This document shows positions 1 through 7,983 of a stretch of DNA of 64,000 bases, piece by piece. Position numbers and translations under genes: made by a program. Origin of the DNA: Candidatus Gottesmanbacteria bacterium (lineage in GTDB: Bacteria > Patescibacteriota > Microgenomatia > UBA10105 > UBA927). Positions within the stretch are counted from its first letter, which is position 1, and each line of letters starts with the position of its first letter. Under the pieces are notes generated by a model. It was not told where the DNA came from. It did not search any database and worked only from the letters and a program-made list of their open reading frames with translations. The DNA is taken from the NCBI GenBank assembly GCA_963790805.1, contig CAWBPL010000002.1, positions 64,696 to 128,695 of the forward strand. The letters are read 5' to 3'.

Positions 1-523
1 CTATACTCAATAGTTTTACGGGTACTCCACGCGCTTCAGCAATTTCCGAGTCAAAAGAAGCAAAGAGAAGTGGACGAAAGAGAAATAGTAAAACGCAAAA
101 CGTAAATATACTAAAAAGTGCGGTAATAATGACATCTTTCGTGCTAATTCCCAAAATCGTGCCGAAAAGTATACTATATGCTTGTTCAGCATATCCTTTG
201 TAGAGAAACAAAAAAAGAATTCCAAATGAAAGGGCGAGCGTTAAAAAAATGCCGATCGTTACGTCCCGTTCCCGCAAAACTCGTCCCATTAAACCAATTC
301 CTATACCTGCCACCACAGTAAAAACTAATAATCCAAAAAAAGGATCAACCCCTAACAATACTGCTCCAGCTGCACCAGCAAATCCGATGTGCGAGAGTGC
401 ATGTCCTGCAAACGTCAGGCCTCGAATTAACAGAAAATAGCCAACTATTGCTGCAATTATGGCAACACACGTGGAGGCGATAAAAGCATTCTGAATAAAT
501 GAGTATTGTAGTACGTCGAACAT
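1..523 (-). CDS. ABC-3 family metal (Zn/Mn-type) ABC transporter permease, N-terminal part only (gene runs off the left window edge)
   Basis: Absent from the ORF track because it has no stop codon inside the window. Manual minus-strand translation from the ATG at 521-523 gives MFDVLQYSFIQNAFIASTCVAIIAAIVGYFLLIRGLTFAGHALSHIGFAGAAGAVLLGVDPFFG..., an uninterrupted polytopic hydrophobic sequence like ZnuB/MntB permeases. It starts 4 nt after the ATPase stop. Confidence 0.75.
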   Translation of the reverse strand, partial: MFDVLQYSFIQNAFIASTCVAIIAAIVGYFLLIRGLTFAGHALSHIGFAGAAGAVLLGVDPFFGLLVFTVVAGIGIGLMGRVLRERDVTIGIFLTLALSFGILFLFLYKGYAEQAYSILFGTILGISTKDVIITALFSIFTFCVLLFLFRPLLFASFDSEIAEARGVPVKLLSI

Positions 524-527
524 ACGA

Positions 528-1298
528 TTATATTTCCTCACCAATGACAAACATTCTCCCTTTTGTCATAACCACTTCAACTGGAGAACCATACAATTCA
601 GATAATTTTACACTGGTAATTACATCTTCCGGTTTCCCGATCGCAGCATGACCGTTTGCGAGATATACGACACGATCAACGGTGGATAATAAAGGATTTA
701 CATCATGGGTTACTAAAAGCACCGTAATATTTCTCCGTCGTGCAATTTTGGTAATAAGTGAAACTATTGCCTGAGCATGGGAAATATCTAAACTCGACAA
801 TGGTTCATCAAGAAAAAGTATTTTGGGATTTGTTAATAACGCCTGAGCGATCAAAAGTCTTTGCTGCTCTCCACCTGATAATTTTCCAACTGACATATTT
901 GCCAAATGAAGCATATCAACTTCTTCAAGCGCAATATTAATTTTCTTCGTTCTGTCAATACTCGGAAATCCGATACCCCATTTATTACCATCGAGTCCAA
1001 ATCCCACTACATCCCGAGCTCTTAGCGCCAGATCAGCCTCGAGAGTTCTATGTTGCGGAGCGTAGCCTATTTCGTTATTCCCTCGTTTCGGAAGCTGACC
1101 CAAAATTTTTATGCTCCCCGACGTCGGCTTATAGAGTCCAAGAAGCAATTTGAGAAGTGTGCTTTTGCCGGCTCCATTCGGGCCCAGTACGGCAATAAAT
1201 TCACCTTCTTTGATCGTCATGTTAATACGATCCAAAACCATTCTACCTCCCAATTCCATGCGGAGGTTTTCTATGTGGATAATCGGTTGTATAGACAT
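528..1298 (-). CDS. metal ABC transporter ATP-binding protein (ZnuC/MntA-like)
   Basis: Walker A GPNGAGKST, ABC signature LSGGEQQR, Walker B ILFLDEP, H-loop VTHD. Lies between the binding-protein and permease genes. Confidence 0.9.
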   Translation of the reverse strand: MSIQPIIHIENLRMELGGRMVLDRINMTIKEGEFIAVLGPNGAGKSTLLKLLLGLYKPTSGSIKILGQLPKRGNNEIGYAPQHRTLEADLALRARDVVGFGLDGNKWGIGFPSIDRTKKINIALEEVDMLHLANMSVGKLSGGEQQRLLIAQALLTNPKILFLDEPLSSLDISHAQAIVSLITKIARRRNITVLLVTHDVNPLLSTVDRVVYLANGHAAIGKPEDVITSVKLSELYGSPVEVVMTKGRMFVIGEEI

Positions 1299-1310
1299 GT
1301 AGATCTGTTG

Positions 1311-2255
1311 TTATTTTGACGACTGCAGCGCAGTTTCTAGACTTGTCAGTTGACTCATCATCCAATCCTGATAATGTTTTCCCTGCGGCAGCGTTTCCCA
1401 TACTGGAACAAGCGGTATATTCTGTTGTTTGGCTTCGTTTTGTAAATTCGTTGTAATCGGCGTTATCGTTTGCTCATTATAAATAAGCACTTTGACTTGC
1501 TTTTTGGTAATTTGGTCATTTGCCTTTGCTACGTCATCGGCCGATGGGTCGTTGCCTTCGGCAATTGCCTTATCAAACGCATAAGGCGTTAATACGTTCA
1601 GTCCTTCTGGTTGTGTTTGATAGAGATAAATTGTTTCAGTTAAACCAACAGGCGTGCCTCCATATTTTACCTTTATATCGTTTATCTTCTGATCAAGAGG
1701 TTGCAATGAATTATCAAAACTCATTAAGTTTTTATCAAACTCATTTGCATCGGCAGGATCTTTCTGTTTAAGACTTGCGGAAATCTTATCCGCGATGGTA
1801 TATACATTATCAAATCCATACCATACATGAGGATTATCTTCTATTTTATGATCCGCAATTTCTGTCCCCACAAGAACTACTCTATTTTTATTCGGTGATG
1901 CTGATAACAGTTTGTCCATCCATGTATCATATCCTTCTCCGTTTTCTATAACGATATCCGCTTTTGCAACGGCTATACCATCTTGAACGTCCGACTCATA
2001 TTGATGTGGATCTGCATTGGGATCCGACAGAATACTCAGAACTTTGACGTGACTTCCTCCGAGCTGTTGGACAATATCACCATAAAAATTTTCCGCTGCC
2101 ACGATATTGACGATTCCTGAATTAGGCGTTTGTGATTGCATAGAAGAATGGGTTTTTGCTATTTTATAAAAACCGAAGCCAGCAAGAGCGAGTACTATAA
2201 TAACTAAAATCAGGTAAACAGATTTATTTTTCATATTATTTTTGGCAATCCGCAC
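1311..2255 (-). CDS. metal ABC transporter substrate-binding protein (ZnuA/TroA cluster-9 family)
   Basis: N-terminal membrane anchor followed by DPHQYE and NPHVW metal-ligand-type motifs typical of ZnuA/TroA proteins. Operon context. Confidence 0.85.
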   Translation of the reverse strand: MRIAKNNMKNKSVYLILVIIVLALAGFGFYKIAKTHSSMQSQTPNSGIVNIVAAENFYGDIVQQLGGSHVKVLSILSDPNADPHQYESDVQDGIAVAKADIVIENGEGYDTWMDKLLSASPNKNRVVLVGTEIADHKIEDNPHVWYGFDNVYTIADKISASLKQKDPADANEFDKNLMSFDNSLQPLDQKINDIKVKYGGTPVGLTETIYLYQTQPEGLNVLTPYAFDKAIAEGNDPSADDVAKANDQITKKQVKVLIYNEQTITPITTNLQNEAKQQNIPLVPVWETLPQGKHYQDWMMSQLTSLETALQSSK

Positions 2256-2664
2256 ACAACCCGAAAAACTCGAGTGAGTGGCGTTTTACCAAAACTCCCT
2301 TCTTTTGGGCAATGTCTTTTTCCATTGTTTGTATAAAACATCCTTCTATATCAATAACTTTACCGCAGTTATCGCAGATAAAATGATGGTGAGCAGGCTT
2401 CGCGGCATATTCATAACGAAATTTTCCCTCATTAAACTGTATAGGATTCACTATACTTTTATCTGTTAACGCGTGGATGATGCGAAACACGGTGACTTTG
2501 TCTGCCTCTATGTGATGAGCGTTAAGGTACGTAAGTATTGAGGAAACATCTAATGGTGCATCAGCTTTCTCCAATGCTGCCAAAACTCCAAGTCGCGCCG
2601 GCGTAACCTTTAACGAGGCGTCGTGGAGCTCTTTTTTGCAATCATGATGTGGTTGTTGTTTCAT
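2236..2664 (-). CDS. Fur family transcriptional regulator (Zur-like)
   Basis: Winged-helix N-terminus plus HHHFICDNCG...CADC metal sites. Overlaps the binding-protein gene by 20 nt. The track start (TTG at 2697) reads through a palindromic AT-rich element, so I prefer the internal ATG (MKQQPHHD). Confidence 0.8.
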   Translation of the reverse strand: MKQQPHHDCKKELHDASLKVTPARLGVLAALEKADAPLDVSSILTYLNAHHIEADKVTVFRIIHALTDKSIVNPIQFNEGKFRYEYAAKPAHHHFICDNCGKVIDIEGCFIQTMEKDIAQKKGVLVKRHSLEFFGLCADCQK

Positions 2665-2668
2665 ACAA

Positions 2669-2696
2669 ATGCAATTAATATGCATTAGTATATGCA
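2669..2696 (-). promoter_or_regulatory. candidate Fur/Zur operator overlapping the operon promoter
   Basis: Overlapping imperfect palindromes ATGCAATTAATATGCAT and TGCATTAGTATATGCA sit immediately upstream of the preferred Zur start. Confidence 0.35.
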
Positions 2697-2768
2697 ACTA
2701 AAGTGCGTTTGTCAAGACGTAAAATAACCCAAATTGTTTAGTCATTCGCAGATTGCTATTATACGTAC

Positions 2769-3812
2769 GTGCCTACAAAACGGTTAGATCATATTGATTT
2801 TCTTCGCGCGATAACCATTATCGGTATTATTGCGGTTCATACGCTACAATACGATTTGAATAGCCCGCTTATCACGTTTATTTGGAATTATTTGCACTTT
2901 GATGTTGTCGCATTTGTTTTCTGCTCGGGGTACGTACTTACCGCCAGATATCAGGATTCTGTTACTTCTCTTTCAAAAACAATTTCATGGATCGGGAAAC
3001 GTATGATTCGCCTTATTATACCCTTTTATATATATCTTGCAGCCCACTATATACTGTGGTTTCTTTTCCCTCATTATTTCAGCGGCCTCGGATTGCAAAA
3101 ATCTGTCCCGTTTCTTGTCTCATCTATAATTTTTATCGGCGGAATAGATATAAACTGGCTTCCGTTGCTTTTTCTTCAACTGACGCTATTATTTCCGTTA
3201 TTCATGATCGGATTAAAAAAGAAAACTCCCATTCTCTCTCTTTTTGTATTCGTATCTTTATGTATTACGCTGTATTTTACAATCGTTCCATTCCCCTACG
3301 CCCACTATCGTACTGTTATGTGGATACCGTGGTCGTTAGTCCTCTTGTTATCAATGAAAACCGCAATGAAAGAAAGACAAAATAATTCACGAATGAGAAA
3401 TTATGTTCTTATCAGTCTGTTGGGTTTTGTTGTATTTTCTATCATTTCATTTATTTGGGCTCCGGCGCATCAACATGTCAGGTTAATTGATCATAAATAT
3501 CCGCCCGACTTTTACTACTTATCCTATGCAACCGGAACAACGTTTCTTATTTTGCTTATCGGAAAATTTAACTTCTTATATATCAGGCCCTTTCAAAACG
3601 TGTGGAAATATATCAGTATTCATTCGTATCAGCTCTTTTTTCTGCATTACATCGTTTTAGATGTATTTCGTACAGGACTATTAAAGTCATCATTTCAATT
3701 AAACCCTATCGTACAATTTGTAATCGTTCTGATTGTAAGTCTTCTTCTTAGCCTAACTATTGCGCAGCTAGGAAGTATAAAGAAAAATCTGGCCAGACAA
3801 TTAAACTCCTAA
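2769..3812 (+). CDS. acyltransferase family 3 integral membrane protein (OafA/YrhL-like)
   Basis: About 10 predicted TM segments. N-terminal RLDHIDFLRAITIIGIIAVH matches the acyltransferase-3 signature. Confidence 0.75.
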   Translation: MPTKRLDHIDFLRAITIIGIIAVHTLQYDLNSPLITFIWNYLHFDVVAFVFCSGYVLTARYQDSVTSLSKTISWIGKRMIRLIIPFYIYLAAHYILWFLFPHYFSGLGLQKSVPFLVSSIIFIGGIDINWLPLLFLQLTLLFPLFMIGLKKKTPILSLFVFVSLCITLYFTIVPFPYAHYRTVMWIPWSLVLLLSMKTAMKERQNNSRMRNYVLISLLGFVVFSIISFIWAPAHQHVRLIDHKYPPDFYYLSYATGTTFLILLIGKFNFLYIRPFQNVWKYISIHSYQLFFLHYIVLDVFRTGLLKSSFQLNPIVQFVIVLIVSLLLSLTIAQLGSIKKNLARQLNS

Positions 3813-3878
3813 TACCGTTCTTTCAGTCTTTTTTCAGAATACAGTTATATTATTCCCTCAACTTATAAAGCAAAGGAG

Positions 3879-4355
3879 GTGAATATAATTACGAAAAAAG
3901 ATAAAGGTCCATATATAATCGGAATAATTGTTGTATTAGTAGCTATCATCGTAGGTTTCTATGTCGGTACGGTCTATCAAAGAAGACAGCCGGTACGATT
4001 TGGCTCTGCTGCGACTCCCATGATGAGAGGCATGTGGCAACGCCCTATGATGGGAAGAAGAATGATGGGACGCCAATTTGCTCCAATGGGAAGAGGGGTA
4101 GCCGGACAGATCACAGGCATCTCGGGTAATCAGATAACGGTTAAATTGAATAACGGCAATACTCAAACGGTGACATTATCCAATACAACAAATTATACGA
4201 AAACAGAAACGACAAACCAGAGTGCTTTACAACAGGGAGATAACGTTATAATTGCAGGTCAACCGGCTCAGGATGGTTCAATCAATGCACAAACTATCCG
4301 GATCAATACAATCCAAATGACACCCACGCCTCCAACGACCCCTGCAGCACAATAA
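3879..4355 (+). CDS. membrane-anchored hypothetical protein with a Met/Arg-rich segment and a DUF5666-like beta domain
   Basis: TM anchor IIGIIVVLVAIIVGFYVG, then PMMRGMWQRPMMGRRMMGRQFAPMGRG, then GQITGISGNQITVKLNNGNTQTVTLSNTTNY...GDNVIIAG. GGAGGTG Shine-Dalgarno upstream. Confidence 0.6.
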   Translation: MNIITKKDKGPYIIGIIVVLVAIIVGFYVGTVYQRRQPVRFGSAATPMMRGMWQRPMMGRRMMGRQFAPMGRGVAGQITGISGNQITVKLNNGNTQTVTLSNTTNYTKTETTNQSALQQGDNVIIAGQPAQDGSINAQTIRINTIQMTPTPPTTPAAQ

Positions 4356-4411
4356 ATGGTACGAGTATATACACCAATCATGCGGATGCTACAATAAGTA
4401 ATAGCATCCGT

Positions 4412-4888
4412 ATGATTAAGTTGTTCACAAAAAAAGAAGACAGGATTCCTTTCACTAAAGAAGGGTACGGAAAACTTCTTGAGGAAAGGTCAGCGCTTTT
4501 GTCCGAACGTCCGGAAGCTGTTGAGCATTTAAGAAAATCACGCGAAATGGGAGATTTATCGGAAAATGGGTATTATAAAGCTTCGCGTGCACGTTTATCT
4601 TTTCTCGATTCCCGAATTCGGCGTGTTGAGCGGCTAATACGACTTGCCAAAGTAGTCGAATCGAGCGGATCGAACGGTATAGAAATCGGAAGCCAAGTCA
4701 CACTAACGGACGGAACGAGAGAATTGCATTTTACTATAGTAGGCGGATATGAATCTAATCCATTGAATCACACGATTTCATACGTTTCTCCGTTGGGCAA
4801 AGCGTTAATCGGTAAAAAGGTAAATGAAATTGCCGAAGTTCATGCCCCATCCGGCATTATGCAGTATATCATTAAGGCAATCTCGTAA
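4412..4888 (+). CDS. greA: transcription elongation factor GreA
   Basis: 158 aa. Coiled-coil N-terminus with the acidic tip MGDLSENGYYKASR, and a GreA/B C-terminal domain. Confidence 0.9.
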   Translation: MIKLFTKKEDRIPFTKEGYGKLLEERSALLSERPEAVEHLRKSREMGDLSENGYYKASRARLSFLDSRIRRVERLIRLAKVVESSGSNGIEIGSQVTLTDGTRELHFTIVGGYESNPLNHTISYVSPLGKALIGKKVNEIAEVHAPSGIMQYIIKAIS

Positions 4889-4893
4889 TAAAG

Positions 4894-5712
4894 CTATTTC
4901 GGCAACTGAAGGAGAGCTTGTTTCCTCGTTACTAAACCATCTTTAATCAAATCATCAATAATAATTTTAACCTCTTCGCGGGATTTATCAAACCTCGCAT
5001 GTATTTTTTCAGTTAATGCATCCACCGTATACGATTTAACCCTCAATAAATCTATAATTCTCCCTCGGTAAAACCTATTGGTTGAATGAAATGGTATTGC
5101 GCGTTTCCTGTTCGCCCGCTTTGGCATTAATTTCCGTAACTCTAGAGCTCCATAATCCATAAGCGCTTGGTGCCATTCCCATGATTGGCCTTGCGGCACA
5201 AGTCTATCGGCAAGATCCTGAATTATCTTAGGTGATTGAGGTTTATCGTTAAAAAAGAAATGCATAATGATTTTCCTTATATTTGTATCGACGCAGCTTG
5301 TGTTTTTTCTATAAGCGAACACTAAAATAGCTCGAGCAGTATATGTACCCAAACCTGAAAGTTTAGTAAGTAATTTCTCATCTTCCGGAAATTTTCCGCC
5401 ATACCGATCAACAATTTCTTTTGCCATCTCACGAAGGTACAGTGCTCGCCGGTTATATCCCATGCCCTTCCACTCCCGAAGGACATCGGCGACAGATGCT
5501 TGCGCGAGAATTGTAACAGTAGGAAATTTATTTAAAAAATCATGATATTTCTGCAATACACGCGACACCTGTGTTTGCTGAAGCATTATTTCCGATAGAG
5601 CTATTTTGTATGGGTCGTGCGTATGTCGCCATGGCAAATCACGTCTATGACTCTTCCACCAAGTGAGAATCAGCGAGCGAAATTGAATAATCTGGCGTTT
5701 CGTTAGTGTCAT
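4894..5712 (-). CDS. mutY: HhH-GPD DNA glycosylase, MutY-like catalytic core, no Fe-S cluster motif
   Basis: EIMLQQTQV (catalytic Glu), an HhH segment LSGLGTYTARAIL, and VDTN (catalytic Asp). Only one Cys in the whole protein. Confidence 0.75.
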   Translation of the reverse strand: MTLTKRQIIQFRSLILTWWKSHRRDLPWRHTHDPYKIALSEIMLQQTQVSRVLQKYHDFLNKFPTVTILAQASVADVLREWKGMGYNRRALYLREMAKEIVDRYGGKFPEDEKLLTKLSGLGTYTARAILVFAYRKNTSCVDTNIRKIIMHFFFNDKPQSPKIIQDLADRLVPQGQSWEWHQALMDYGALELRKLMPKRANRKRAIPFHSTNRFYRGRIIDLLRVKSYTVDALTEKIHARFDKSREEVKIIIDDLIKDGLVTRKQALLQLPK

Positions 5713-5726
5713 TGCGTTATTCTACC

Positions 5727-5753
5727 AAAACTCCCTCTTTCGAGGGAGTTTAT
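5727..5753 (-). terminator. intrinsic terminator after the 5773-6474 gene
   Basis: Hairpin ACTCCCTC-tttc-GAGGGAGT flanked by A and T runs. Confidence 0.6.
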
Positions 5754-5772
5754 TTTGTATTAAAAAATCCGG

Positions 5773-6474
5773 TTACGGAGTTGGTGTCGCCGTCGGTGTC
5801 ACGGTTGTTGCAACCGGTAAGCTGAAGTCTTTAACAGCAACCACCTCTGTAACTGTGCTATTTTTTCTATCCCAAAGCCCATGTACACGCACTTTATGAC
5901 CAACTGCTATATCGGACTGTAATATTGCCTGCCCCTTGCGATTCGTAAATTTCGTTGACGAAGATACCGTCACTGTCTGGTTACCGCGTTCAACTGTTGT
6001 CATGACCCAACCGGAACTTGTCAGTGATTGTACGGTACCAAAAAATACACCATTATACTTCTGGATCGATATATCCCGAACCAATTTAGCCTGAATTGTC
6101 GCCTGCGTGCTGTCCGTCCATTGACCTATCACGTTTACCGTATCGTTTACCTGAATTTCACTGAGAGCGCTCTTTCCCCAATATAATCGTCGGAATTGAG
6201 TCGTATTGTCAGTTTGTACAGTGTAGGTTTTACCGTCTTTACCGTTTACCGTAAGCGTAGTGCCGTTAATTGCTGTAACGCTGCCATTGATGAGTGCCCG
6301 TGTTTTTAAAAATGTCCTCAGTGCACCAGGAGCACTCCCAACTTTATTACGTATATCCTGTCCCACCGTTCGAAGAAACGGGTGCTCTGAAGCTGCATAT
6401 ACGGGACGAAGGGAGGCCATGCTCCCGACAGCGGTAAGTACTAGTATAAGAACGATATATGACTTATTTTTCAT
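5773..6474 (-). CDS. secreted hypothetical protein with two DUF5666-like beta domains
   Basis: Signal peptide MKNKSYIVLILVLTAVGSMASLRPVYA. Two repeats of the G-x-V-T-x-I/L-x-G-x-x-L-T-V...T-V...T-x-F...V-x-V-x-G pattern. Thr/Pro tail. Confidence 0.6.
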   Translation of the reverse strand: MKNKSYIVLILVLTAVGSMASLRPVYAASEHPFLRTVGQDIRNKVGSAPGALRTFLKTRALINGSVTAINGTTLTVNGKDGKTYTVQTDNTTQFRRLYWGKSALSEIQVNDTVNVIGQWTDSTQATIQAKLVRDISIQKYNGVFFGTVQSLTSSGWVMTTVERGNQTVTVSSSTKFTNRKGQAILQSDIAVGHKVRVHGLWDRKNSTVTEVVAVKDFSLPVATTVTPTATPTP

Positions 6475-6551
6475 AAAAATTCCTCCACGAATTGCCTATA
6501 TATAATAATACGCTTAAGAAACTAAAAAAGTTTCACGTAATATAAATCCTG

Positions 6552-7049
6552 TTATTGCCCCGAATTATATGTCACCGTCACATCCTGCTCGGAATAATTA
6601 CCGTTTATGTCATTTGTGGTTACCACAATCGTATTGTCGCCTTCATCAAGCGTCACAGAAGCTGAAAAATTCCCCTGAGCATCTGCCGTCGTCTCAGAAT
6701 CATTTACAAATACGTCTGCTTTCGGCGTTGTCGTGCCCTTCACGAGCACGTTCGGTGATGTTACCGTACTGCCATTGGCAGGGGCTGCGATCGTTAACGG
6801 GATTTGAGAAACTGTCGGCAGTGGCGACGGTACCGCAGAAACAGCGCCAACCGAACCCGAGGCTGCACCCATTGAAACCGACGGAGAGCCTTGCTGCATA
6901 TTCGTCGTTACGCTTGCCGGCATGCTTCCTTTCTTATAAACCCGTAAATACGCTACTATACCGACTATAATGGCAAGAAAAAGAACAACAAATCCGATAA
7001 GAGTAAATTGTTTCATATTGGCCTCCGAAACAAGTGTAATATACTTCAC
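6552..7049 (-). CDS. membrane-anchored protein with a C-terminal Ig-like (bacterial Ig/Big-type) domain
   Basis: TM anchor FTLIGFVVLFLAIIVGIVAYL, a Ser/Pro linker, then ITAPANGSTVTSPNVLVKGTT...ADVFVND...GNFSASVTLDEGDNTIVVT. Confidence 0.55.
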   Translation of the reverse strand: MKYITLVSEANMKQFTLIGFVVLFLAIIVGIVAYLRVYKKGSMPASVTTNMQQGSPSVSMGAASGSVGAVSAVPSPLPTVSQIPLTIAAPANGSTVTSPNVLVKGTTTPKADVFVNDSETTADAQGNFSASVTLDEGDNTIVVTTNDINGNYSEQDVTVTYNSGQ

Positions 7050-7423
7050 TTGTACATTTCAAGCTGATGGAGCTTTTTCTTAAGGATGTTCCGCTTATGG
7101 CGGGTAAAAACGATAATTCCTACGACGATGATGATGAGAATTAATGCAATATAGACAGCGTGCTGCGGCATCTCCTCCCAAAAAACCCAAAGCGTATCCT
7201 TCCAATACGCTGAAATAATTTCAGGGTCCTGACGAAAAAGCGTCAATAAATCCCATGACTGGCTGTCCGAAAGAATTTGGATAGTTAGCGCCCCAAGAGC
7301 AGCAATAGACAAAAGAAGAACAATGAGGATCACCATAAATTTTCTAAACCACCATGCCGTACGCCTACGTTCATAGAGCGCAACTTTTTTCATAACTTGT
7401 TTTGAAATATCTTTATTGTTCAT
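7046..7423 (-). CDS. putative anti-sigma factor-like membrane protein
   Basis: 125 aa with two TM segments. Overlaps both the sigma-factor gene end and the next gene (4-nt and 11-nt overlaps). Confidence 0.4.
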   Translation of the reverse strand: MNNKDISKQVMKKVALYERRRTAWWFRKFMVILIVLLLSIAALGALTIQILSDSQSWDLLTLFRQDPEIISAYWKDTLWVFWEEMPQHAVYIALILIIIVVGIIVFTRHKRNILKKKLHQLEMYK

Positions 7424-7952
7424 AGGTTAATAATTTATGTTTTAACTGTATTTTAGCTCTACGCAAATATGTCCGAACTGTATTCAGTGGCACTTTCAGT
7501 TTGGCACTTATTTCTTCATACGACAATTCTTCATAATAGTAAAGTCTTATGACCTGCTGATGCTTAGACGATAATTTACTAATTTCTTGCCGTATTTGTT
7601 GGGCCATATCCGATCGATACAATTCCTCAACAAATGACTCTTCTTCCTGTACATCAACAATTTCCTCGAGCGACACGTTGTATTTTTGGCGTCTTAATTC
7701 AGAAATAGCGGCGTTTTTCGCAATTTCAAAAACGTATGTCAAAAATTTTCTCTTGACGTCAATTTTATCAATATTCTGATATACCTTAAAAAGCGATTCT
7801 AATACAATATCTTTTGCAGCATCCTCATTATGAATAATCCGAAAGACAAAAACATACAGACCGCGTTGATATCGTTTTACTAACTCTTCGTATGCTAATA
7901 CATTCCCTTCTCGGATTGCTAAAACAAGCTGTTCGTCTGGCTTCGTATTCAT
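7413..7952 (-). CDS. ECF-type RNA polymerase sigma-70 family factor
   Basis: Region 2 (YQRGLYVFVFRIIHNEDAAKDIVLESLFKVY) and region 4 HTH (ELSYEEISAKLKVPLNTVRTYLRRA). The track start at 8063 overlaps era, so I prefer the internal ATG (MNTKPDEQ). Confidence 0.8.
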   Translation of the reverse strand: MNTKPDEQLVLAIREGNVLAYEELVKRYQRGLYVFVFRIIHNEDAAKDIVLESLFKVYQNIDKIDVKRKFLTYVFEIAKNAAISELRRQKYNVSLEEIVDVQEEESFVEELYRSDMAQQIRQEISKLSSKHQQVIRLYYYEELSYEEISAKLKVPLNTVRTYLRRAKIQLKHKLLTYEQ

Positions 7953-7983
7953 ATCGTATGGGCAATTATAGTACAATACTATC

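Noticed and set aside
16-440. Track ORFs 16-225 (-) and 249-440 (+)
   Set aside because: A different minus-strand frame is open across 1-523 and encodes a convincing ABC-3 permease directly downstream of the ATPase gene. The listed ORFs are wrong-frame or antisense fragments.
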